NCBI GenBank assembly: GCA_030523705.1
Contig: JAUNHZ010000002.1
Location: 1-50,337, forward strand
Length of the DNA: 50,337 bases
Source: Bacteroidales bacterium
GTDB taxonomy: Bacteria; Bacteroidota; Bacteroidia; Bacteroidales; Bacteroidaceae
Direction of reading: 5' to 3'
Shown here: positions 1-7,089 of the stretch, piece after piece
Numbering within the stretch: the stretch's first letter is position 1
How the letters are laid out: every line of letters begins with the position of its first letter
Notes under the pieces: generated by a model
Seen by the model: the letters and a program-made list of their open reading frames with translations, nothing else
What the model was told of the DNA's origin: nothing
Database searches by the model: none
Made by a program: the position numbers and the translations under genes

Positions 1-679
1 ACCATGAGCAAACGCCCTCATTTGAGTAGTGGTAGATGCCTGCGACTGGGTTTTTCAGTGCTGCCACGATGGCGGTAGCTAAATCCCATGCGTAAGTTGG
101 AGTGCCACATTGGTCGAATACCACCTTCAAGGCAGGTTTGGTTGCAGTAAGATTCAACATCGTCTTGCAGAAGTTCTTGCCAAACTCTGAATACAGCCAA
201 GCGGTACGGATGATGATGTATCTACAACCTGTAGCAATAATCTTTTCCTCTCCATGCAGTTTAGTCAAGCCATAAACGCCAGTAGGAGTACCTTTCTGGT
301 CTTCCTTACATGGAGTATTATATGGTTCCTTACCAAACACATAGTCTGTAGAAATCTGAACCAGAAGACCATCTACTTCCTTCATGGCTTTTGCCAAGTT
401 CTCTGGAGCTGTAGCATTCAGTTTCTCTACCAAATCATATTTAGCTGGATCCTCGGCACCATCTACATTGGTCCAAGCGGCACAATTCACAATGGCATCT
501 ACATTATTCTCTTTTACCATGGTGCGGATAGCCTCTAAATCTGTAATATCCAGATAAGTGGTTTCTAATCCTTCTACCTGATTTACATCGGTAAAGATGT
601 ATTTGTCCTCAGATTCTTTTGAGATGATTCTCATCTCGTTTCCGAGCTGACCGTTAGCGCCTGTAACTAAGATTGTCAT
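1..679 (-). CDS. rfbD: dTDP-4-dehydrorhamnose reductase (N-terminal ~226 aa; the 3' end runs off the window start)
   Basis: Absent from the ORF track because it is open at the window edge. My minus-strand translation from the ATG at 679-677 gives MTILVTGANGQLGNEMR...YLDITD...VNCAAWTNVDGAE...STDYVFGK...GVYGLTKLHGE. This shows the Rossmann GxxGxxG and the YxxxK catalytic pattern of RmlD. It starts 2 nt after the rfbC stop. Confidence 0.9.
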   Translation of the reverse strand, partial: MTILVTGANGQLGNEMRIISKESEDKYIFTDVNQVEGLETTYLDITDLEAIRTMVKENNVDAIVNCAAWTNVDGAEDPAKYDLVEKLNATAPENLAKAMKEVDGLLVQISTDYVFGKEPYNTPCKEDQKGTPTGVYGLTKLHGEEKIIATGCRYIIIRTAWLYSEFGKNFCKTMLNLTATKPALKVVFDQCGTPTYAWDLATAIVAALKNPVAGIYHYSNEGVCSW

Positions 680-681
680 GA

Positions 682-1284
682 TTATTTGAACTCAGGGTAT
701 AAATCGATATTTATGTCAAAAGGTGAGTCGAAGTCCTTCAAGCACGCATGCTTGGTGTCCTTCTCGCTCAAGATGGCCTTATCTACAGGAATCTGCCAGT
801 CGATGCCTAAGGACTCATCCAGGATAGAGATACCCCCATCGGCCTGAGGCGCATAGAAGTTATCGCATTTGTACTGGAAGACAGCCGTTTCTGAAAGCAC
901 AGAGAAACCATGTGCAAAGCCCCTTGGGACATAGAACTGCAGGTGATTCTCCTCGGTGAGCAGGCAAGATACATGCTGGCCGTAGGTTGGTGAGCCCTTG
1001 CGGATATCCACTGCCACATCCAAAACTGCACCTTTCACGCAACGAACTAATTTGCTCTGGGTGAATGGAGGCGCCTGGAAATGCAAGCCACGCATCACGC
1101 CATACGATGACATGCTCTCATTGTCCTGCACAAAATGAACAGGACCAATCTTCTCCTCAAACTCACGCTGGGAGAAACTCTCGAAAAAGTAACCGCGGGC
1201 ATCCTTGAACACCTTTGGCTCTATGATAAATACGCCAGGAATGGCAGTCTCTATTACGTTCATTTCTAACTTGTTTATTCGCAT
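682..1284 (-). CDS. rfbC: dTDP-4-dehydrorhamnose 3,5-epimerase
   Basis: 200-aa ORF containing VIETAIPGVFIIEPKVFKDARGYFFESF...MRGLHFQ...KLVRCVKGAVLDVAVDIRKGSPTYGQ...VPRGFAHGF, the typical RmlC cupin. A more likely start is the internal Met (MNVIETAIPG) at 1263, which leaves an 11-nt gap to the upstream kinase gene instead of a 10-nt overlap. Confidence 0.93.
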   Translation of the reverse strand: MRINKLEMNVIETAIPGVFIIEPKVFKDARGYFFESFSQREFEEKIGPVHFVQDNESMSSYGVMRGLHFQAPPFTQSKLVRCVKGAVLDVAVDIRKGSPTYGQHVSCLLTEENHLQFYVPRGFAHGFSVLSETAVFQYKCDNFYAPQADGGISILDESLGIDWQIPVDKAILSEKDTKHACLKDFDSPFDINIDLYPEFK

Positions 1285-2396
1285 TCAGGAATGAAGAGGG
1301 AGAAGCGACTGCCCTTGCCCACTGCCGACTGAATGCTGATGTCTATGTTCATACTCTTGGCGATGACCTGTGAGATGGCCAGACCCAGATGGTTGGTGCC
1401 GTTCTCCATGCGGGCCATACCGTGGGTAGGGTCCTGCAGCTCCTGCAAGCGCTCTGGGCTGATGCCACAACCCGTGTCCTCGACAAACAGCTCCACCATC
1501 TTGGTAGACAGGGAGTAGTTCCAACCTAGCACAATCTCACCCTCCTGGGTGTACTGTACGGCATTGGAAAGGAACTCGTTCAAGATCTGCTCAAGACGAG
1601 GCTGATCGGCCAGCACCTTGATGCCCTTGCGGCCCTCGGACTTGCGGAATTTCACTGGACCCATGACCAAGCTGCCCCATTTCTCCTCCATCTTCAAGAG
1701 GAGATCCTCTACCAGACACTCCTTCATGGAGAACTGCAGACGGCCGGACTCAATACGCGACAAATCCAGAATCTCATTCACTAAGGTAGTCAGTACCAAG
1801 CTGTTCTTATAGATAATCTGGCTATATTCTATGCGCTCCTCTGGGGTGAGGGTAAACGCATCGTTCGTGAGCAGCTCAGAGAAACCTAAGATGATGTTCA
1901 GTGGGGAACGGATCTCCGTACCCAGGTTGTTCAAGAACATCTCCTTGCTCTTGGCTTCTATCTCCTCGTTCTTAGCCGTTTCTGCCCGCATCTGCTTCTG
2001 GATGTGCTGATTGGTATTGATAATCAAGCCAGAAGCTGAGAAGCGACCCTTCTGCAAGGCCGTCACCTGGAAACGGAAATCATACCATTCATACGTATCG
2101 TGATCCGGAAGCGCCAGCAACAGCGAGATGCAATGATAATCAGGCTGATGAAGCGACAGATACAGACGCTCCACCTCGGACATGAGGGTAGGAGAGGCCA
2201 TCTCACGCAACATCTCCTCCGTGAGCTGATTAGTCGCCAGGCTCAGGCTCTTGTATTCCCCCTTCTCCAGGACAAACGTGTGGTTTTCCCGGGTAGTGAA
2301 GAAAGCGTGAGGAACACCCTCTAAGAAACGATTCGTGAGTTCCTGCTCCGTACGAATCTGTTTGTTGGTCAGTGGTAATACTGCAGGCTGTTTCAT
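1275..2396 (-). CDS. Cytoplasmic histidine-kinase-like protein (HisKA + HATPase_c) lacking the phospho-acceptor His; probable pseudokinase
   Basis: The 373-aa ORF has no TM segment. The H-box-like stretch NNLGTEIRSPLNIILGFSELL has Thr where His is expected. The N box (LNEFLSNAV) and G1 (VEDTGCGIS) are present, and G2 is reduced to HLGLAIS. Its start overlaps the upstream kinase stop as ATGA at 2393-2396. Confidence 0.85.
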   Translation of the reverse strand: MKQPAVLPLTNKQIRTEQELTNRFLEGVPHAFFTTRENHTFVLEKGEYKSLSLATNQLTEEMLREMASPTLMSEVERLYLSLHQPDYHCISLLLALPDHDTYEWYDFRFQVTALQKGRFSASGLIINTNQHIQKQMRAETAKNEEIEAKSKEMFLNNLGTEIRSPLNIILGFSELLTNDAFTLTPEERIEYSQIIYKNSLVLTTLVNEILDLSRIESGRLQFSMKECLVEDLLLKMEEKWGSLVMGPVKFRKSEGRKGIKVLADQPRLEQILNEFLSNAVQYTQEGEIVLGWNYSLSTKMVELFVEDTGCGISPERLQELQDPTHGMARMENGTNHLGLAISQVIAKSMNIDISIQSAVGKGSRFSLFIPECE

Positions 2397-3640
2397 GCGT
2401 TACCTCCTTTCTGTAATGGGAAGAATGCAGAGAAGCGGCTGCCCTTTTCCTCTTGGCTCACGACAGCCAGACGTCCCTGGTGCTGCTCTACAATAGCCTT
2501 GCAGATGTTCAGGCCCAGGCCCAAGCCCCTATGCTCTACATCGGTGGTATAATAACGGTCGAAAATCTTTTCCTGTTGCTCTGGGCTGATGCCACAACCC
2601 GTGTCCTCTACAAAACACTCTACTTCTTGGTCGTGCAGCTCCCATCCCAACGTAATGCTGCCAGCCTCGGTGAACTTCACGGCATTGCTCAGGAAATTGT
2701 TCAGCACCTGCTTTACACGTGCCAAATCAATGTCCAGCTGCAAGCCCTCAGGACCCTTCTGCAAGATGAACTGCAAGTTGGATGGAATCAGAATATGGTT
2801 CGTCTCATACGTCTCCTGGAAGAGTTGATCCACATTCACGGTACGCTTGTAGAACTTAAAGGTACCCAAGTCGGCGGTATTGGTGGTGACAGCATCGTCC
2901 AGCAGTTTCAGCAGCAGGCTCGCGTTCGTCTTTATTATACGCGCGTAATCCGTCTGCTGTACGTCGGAAATCTCCAGATCATTATGCGTGAGCAACTGCG
3001 AGTAGCCCACCACCGCACTCAGTGGGGAGCGGATATCATGATTCAGGTTGGCCAGTACCGTCTCCTTCAGGTTCACGCTATCCTTAGCCAGTTTAGCGTT
3101 CATGAGCTGTTCCTCCTCCTGTTTCTGCTGGTCGCAATTCACCAGCAAGCCCTTGAGCTTACCATTTTCTATATAGAGGCAGGACATTTCCCACCAAGAA
3201 TAATCGTGGTCCGGGGTAAATGCCAGTTGGATGCGGAAACGCTGTCCCAACGCCAGTTCACCATAGTTGCAATATCTGTCAAAAAGCAACTGCTGGCTCT
3301 CCTCCTTGATCCAAGAGCGGAAAAGCGTGAGCGGAATCTGTGTACGATCCAACAGAGGGTCAATCTGAAAATCATCGGAAAGCGCAATGAAAGGAGGGTG
3401 GAGTGTCCACGAACCATTCTGAGCAAAATTGAATACCAAATTGTTTTGAAATTTGGCAACAGCCTGTCTGCTTTGTCTCTTGTGCAGCCTTTTGCTTTGT
3501 ATCTGACGATAGAAGTACACGCCGAAAATGAACAAGACAATCAGCGTGAGTGTAAGCAAAATCTGATAAGGCAGTGCTGGGTTAAAGACTTTCTCTTTCA
3601 GCAGTACCGCAAGCAAACAAGGGATGTATATGTTCAGCAT
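2393..3640 (-). CDS. Membrane-anchored sensor histidine kinase (HisKA + HATPase_c), paralog of the downstream gene
   Basis: The ORF is open to 3706, but the Met at 3640 (MLNIYIPCLLAVLL...) precedes the hydrophobic anchor YQILLTLTLIVLFIFGVYFY. The H box LANLNHDIRSPLSAVVGYSQLL is intact. N box LNNFLSNAVKFT, G1 VEDTGCGIS, F box IFDRYY and G2 GLGLGLNICK are all present. Confidence 0.85.
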   Translation of the reverse strand: MLNIYIPCLLAVLLKEKVFNPALPYQILLTLTLIVLFIFGVYFYRQIQSKRLHKRQSRQAVAKFQNNLVFNFAQNGSWTLHPPFIALSDDFQIDPLLDRTQIPLTLFRSWIKEESQQLLFDRYCNYGELALGQRFRIQLAFTPDHDYSWWEMSCLYIENGKLKGLLVNCDQQKQEEEQLMNAKLAKDSVNLKETVLANLNHDIRSPLSAVVGYSQLLTHNDLEISDVQQTDYARIIKTNASLLLKLLDDAVTTNTADLGTFKFYKRTVNVDQLFQETYETNHILIPSNLQFILQKGPEGLQLDIDLARVKQVLNNFLSNAVKFTEAGSITLGWELHDQEVECFVEDTGCGISPEQQEKIFDRYYTTDVEHRGLGLGLNICKAIVEQHQGRLAVVSQEEKGSRFSAFFPLQKGGNA

Positions 3641-3837
3641 GTCTGTTTTTTTTCTCTTATCTAACCAAATGCAAATTAAGTTAGAATTATCGGTATTTAC
3701 AAGCAATTAACAAATTTTTCGTACGCCGAATTGAAGATATGACCCTTTTTTGTAGATTTGACACCAAGCCCCAGAAAATGATTGCATTTTTTTCTTGCAA
3801 AAATCGTCAAAAAGATAGTTTTAATGGGAATTTTTAT

Positions 3838-3845
3838 TAAATTTG
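3838..3845 (+). promoter_or_regulatory. -7 box TAAATTTG (nucleotide-sugar dehydrogenase / REC / AraC unit)
   Basis: TAAATTTGCAG overlaps the TTG that the ORF track uses as the start codon. Confidence 0.45.
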
Positions 3846-3875
3846 CAGTTACAGATTGATGAAAAAACTAAGAAC

Positions 3876-5147
3876 GTGCTCGAAGTAAAGGACTTACAAG
3901 TAGGAATCGTGGGATGCGGCTATGTGGGCTTTCCCCTGGCGATGCTTTTCGCCGGAAAATACAAGACCGTAGCCTATGACAGAAACCTCAGGAGAGTCCA
4001 TGCCCTGAACAAATATGTAGATGTGAATGGTGCGATAGAACGCGAACAAATCCGAAGCGCCCTGGACGAAGGAAGGCTGGTGTGCACCACTGATCCAGAA
4101 CTGCTCAGAACCTGCAACTTCTACATCATTGCCGTACCAACGCCGGTGGACGAGAAGAACTCCGCCGACCTGAAACCCCTGGAGGAGGCCAGCAAGCTTG
4201 TGGGCGCTATATTAAAGAAAGGAGACGTGGTGGTCTATGAGAGTACCGTCTATCCCGGACTGACCGAGGATTTCTGCGTACCCATCCTGCAGTATATCTC
4301 AGGACTGACCTATAACAAGGACTTCTTTGTGGGCTATTCACCAGAACGTGTGAACCCCGGTGATAAAGAGCATACCGTGGAGAAGATTACAAAGGTAACT
4401 TCTGGATCCACACCTCAGGCTGCTGAACTGATAGACCAAGCCTATGACTCCGTGCTGCTGAAGGGCACCTTCCGCGCATCGAGCATCAAGATAGCCGAGG
4501 CCAGCAAGATTGTAGAGAACTGCCAGCGAGACATCCTCATCTCTTTCATGAATGAGCTCCTGCAGCTGTTTGACAAGATGGGGCTGGACATGAACGAGGT
4601 CATCAGGGCCGCCAGTACCAAGTGGAACTTTGTGCCCATGCAACCTGGGTTGGTAGGAGGACATTGCATTGCCGTGGATCCTTATTACCTTATAGAAAAA
4701 GCAAAGACGGTGAACGTGAAGACCCCGGTGCTCTGTGCCGCACGCGAGATAAACGATGGCATGGGCGAGTGGTACGCACAAAAGATCATGCAGCACACCC
4801 TGAAGCGCAGGAAGAGCATACTGGACTGCAAAATCCTGATCCTGGGATTCACCTTCAAGCCAAACTGCCCGGATATCCGTAACACACAGGTGGTTCACCT
4901 GTACCGGAGCCTGGCACAAGGCATGACCGATGTGACCATCTTCGACCCGTGGGTGGTGGAGCCCGACAGAGCCTGGCAGGAGTATCAGGTGGAGGTAGTG
5001 ACAGACCCGATGAAAGTGGTGAAAGAGAAATTTGACATCATTGCCGTGGGTACGAACCACGATTATTTCCAGGTGCTGGAACTGAAGCAGATGCTGAAAC
5101 CAGGCGGATTTGCCTGCGACTTGAAAGGAATCCTGGCCGAAAACTGA
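3876..5147 (+). CDS. Nucleotide-sugar dehydrogenase, UDP-N-acetylhexosamine 6-dehydrogenase-like (TviB/WbpO/Cap-type)
   Basis: Rossmann motif VGIVGCGYVGFPLA, catalytic-Cys motif GLVGGHCIAVDPYYL, and the UDPG_MGDP_dh family layout. There is no in-frame ATG upstream of the Rossmann motif. The track starts at TTG 3843; I prefer GTG 3876 because a TAAATTTG -7 box covers 3838-3845. Confidence 0.85.
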   Translation: MLEVKDLQVGIVGCGYVGFPLAMLFAGKYKTVAYDRNLRRVHALNKYVDVNGAIEREQIRSALDEGRLVCTTDPELLRTCNFYIIAVPTPVDEKNSADLKPLEEASKLVGAILKKGDVVVYESTVYPGLTEDFCVPILQYISGLTYNKDFFVGYSPERVNPGDKEHTVEKITKVTSGSTPQAAELIDQAYDSVLLKGTFRASSIKIAEASKIVENCQRDILISFMNELLQLFDKMGLDMNEVIRAASTKWNFVPMQPGLVGGHCIAVDPYYLIEKAKTVNVKTPVLCAAREINDGMGEWYAQKIMQHTLKRRKSILDCKILILGFTFKPNCPDIRNTQVVHLYRSLAQGMTDVTIFDPWVVEPDRAWQEYQVEVVTDPMKVVKEKFDIIAVGTNHDYFQVLELKQMLKPGGFACDLKGILAEN

Positions 5148-5185
5148 AAAACGAAACAAATAAAAAAACTAAAACATATTAGACT

Positions 5186-5587
5186 ATGAATGCAAATAAT
5201 CAACCTGTGGTACTGATTGTAGATGATGTGCCATTGAATGTCCTGCTGATCCAGAAGATGCTTTCTAAGCAGCCTTATGAACTCAGAACTGCAAACAACG
5301 GACAGCAAGCACTGGATGCTATTGCTGCAGAGAAGCCAGACTTGATCCTGCTGGACTTGATGATGCCTGGTATTGATGGTTTTGAGGTATTGCGTAGAGT
5401 ACGTTCAAATCCGGAAACTGCTGAAATTGCAGTTGTTATCTTATCTGCACTGAACTCTAATGAGGATATTGTGAAAGGTTTTGATATGGGTGCAAACGAC
5501 TTCATTACCAAGCCTATCATCATGCAACGCTTGCTGAGTAGTGTGAGCACTCAGTTGCAGTTGGCTGCTGCCAAGGCGAAACAATAA
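5186..5587 (+). CDS. Stand-alone response-regulator receiver (CheY-like, no output domain)
   Basis: The 133-aa ORF has the acidic pair VLIVDDVPLN, the phospho-acceptor context DLILLDLMMPGIDG, ILSALN, and the conserved Lys in DFITKP. Confidence 0.9.
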   Translation: MNANNQPVVLIVDDVPLNVLLIQKMLSKQPYELRTANNGQQALDAIAAEKPDLILLDLMMPGIDGFEVLRRVRSNPETAEIAVVILSALNSNEDIVKGFDMGANDFITKPIIMQRLLSSVSTQLQLAAAKAKQ

Positions 5588-5621
5588 GCTTTCGCAATTA
5601 GGACTTAAAACAAACTAGGAT

Positions 5622-6833
5622 ATGATTTTTGACTTTTCTTATCTGCACTTCACCTTGCTGGCCTGTGCTGCAACGCTGTTGCTCTTCTTCAGCTATGTGC
5701 TGCTTTGCTCTGGCCTCTGCTCTAAAGGGGATGATGTGCAGTATATCCGTTCCCGTAATTTGATAGGCTATGTGTGTCTGGTCACCGGACTGGATATGCT
5801 GGTGCTATGGACGGCTCGCGACTTGGTTGTGACTCCTGCCGTTATCTGCGCCTGGCATGTCATGTGCATACACTTCGCCTCGGTGCTCATGTTCATGAGT
5901 ATCGTGCATCTGCTGGACCGGAACTACTTGGTGCCTCGACGCATCAAGCGCCATTTTGGCATCTGGGCTGTGAGTGCCGTTTTGCTATGGGTAGGTGCTA
6001 CCTTATTTAATGGGGTTGCTCAGTATGTGATCCTACTGGGTGCCGTTCTGTTGTTCCTGGGACATACAATGCACCTGGTGAGCATGGGACTGAAGATGTC
6101 TGAACGCGCCAAGGAGAAAATGGATAATTTTTTCTCTGAAGGTGCCGATGCTTTTGTGAGATGGATTAAGTTCACCATCTTGCTGGTGGCTGTACTGGGG
6201 CTCTTGAGTCTTTCCGTTCCTGTTCTTCCTGGATGGGGGCATGTGGTGCTCTTGCTGGCTTCCATTCTGGGCTGGTCCTACACTTTCATTTCCTACCTGA
6301 ACCACGTGGTGGCTTACGGAAATGTATCTTCTGTGCTCTATAGAGCCGAGGAACTGGGTGTGGCTGAAGAAGAAGCTCCAGAAGCGGTGGGTGAAACCAT
6401 CGTTGAGTTGGCTGCAGTAGAGCAGAACGAACAGACGGTAGCCGAAGAGCCTGCTCCTGCGAATGTACCAGAGGATAGAAGCAGCCTGACCGAACGACTG
6501 ATGCGTGAGAATCTGGACAAGTGGATTGTGAACGGTGGCTATCTCAAGCAAGGAACAACCCTGGAAGACCTTGCATCGGAGCTCATGACTAACCGAACCT
6601 ACCTGTCGGCTTACATCAACAACACCTACAGCTGCACCTTCAAGGAGTTCATCTACATGCTCCGTATTGAGGCTGCCATTCAGATCATGATTGCAGAACC
6701 ACAGATTAATGTGGAGGACCTGGGTGGACGTGTGGGTATCCCTTCTGCCTCAACTTTCAACAGACAGTTTGTAAAGCAGATGGGTGTGACTCCAGCAGTC
6801 TGGAAAATCACAAATCTGCAAAATGTAGGCTAA
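5622..6833 (+). CDS. Polytopic membrane protein (~7 TM) with a C-terminal AraC/XylS-type HTH
   Basis: I count seven hydrophobic stretches in the first ~235 aa. They are followed by an acidic Glu/Pro/Ala linker (AEELGVAEEEAPEAVGE...EEPAPANVPED). The AraC-type HTH then reads LEDLASELMTNRTYLSAYINNTY...IEAAIQIM...VEDLGGRVGIPSASTFNRQFVKQMGVTP. Confidence 0.85.
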   Translation: MIFDFSYLHFTLLACAATLLLFFSYVLLCSGLCSKGDDVQYIRSRNLIGYVCLVTGLDMLVLWTARDLVVTPAVICAWHVMCIHFASVLMFMSIVHLLDRNYLVPRRIKRHFGIWAVSAVLLWVGATLFNGVAQYVILLGAVLLFLGHTMHLVSMGLKMSERAKEKMDNFFSEGADAFVRWIKFTILLVAVLGLLSLSVPVLPGWGHVVLLLASILGWSYTFISYLNHVVAYGNVSSVLYRAEELGVAEEEAPEAVGETIVELAAVEQNEQTVAEEPAPANVPEDRSSLTERLMRENLDKWIVNGGYLKQGTTLEDLASELMTNRTYLSAYINNTYSCTFKEFIYMLRIEAAIQIMIAEPQINVEDLGGRVGIPSASTFNRQFVKQMGVTPAVWKITNLQNVG

Positions 6834-7089
6834 AACAACAATTCTTGGCAATCAAATCTTCAATTTGACGTTTTGATAGAGGGTTTCTGGCGAATTTTCC
6901 CTTAATTTGCATCAGAAGTTTAATCTATACTTCAATGCTAATGAACAGTAAGAATGTAATGTGATTTAAAACTGGGAAAACAGAAATTCAATGAAGAATC
7001 AATATGCAATTTGCCATGGGGTTGATGTGAATCAGGCCCATGGCAATGATTCTTTAAAAAGGGACATGCCAAATTTAAACCAAAAAAAC

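Noticed and set aside
2453-3664. 403-aa ORF on the plus strand, antisense to the sensor kinase gene
   Set aside because: It is fully contained within a minus-strand gene that has clear HisKA and HATPase motifs. Its translation is Leu/Gln/His/Val-rich with no recognisable motif. This is a typical shadow ORF.
4338-5159. 273-aa minus-strand ORF antisense to the nucleotide-sugar dehydrogenase. Similar long antisense ORFs occur at 9848-10513, 28906-29793, 30948-31601, 36210-37010 and 37062-38000.
   Set aside because: Each lies opposite a gene with an unambiguous conserved product (rfbB, clpX, recQ, SurA-like or OstA-like). The antisense translations show low-complexity, His/Leu/Gln-rich composition, and they have no independent promoter boxes.
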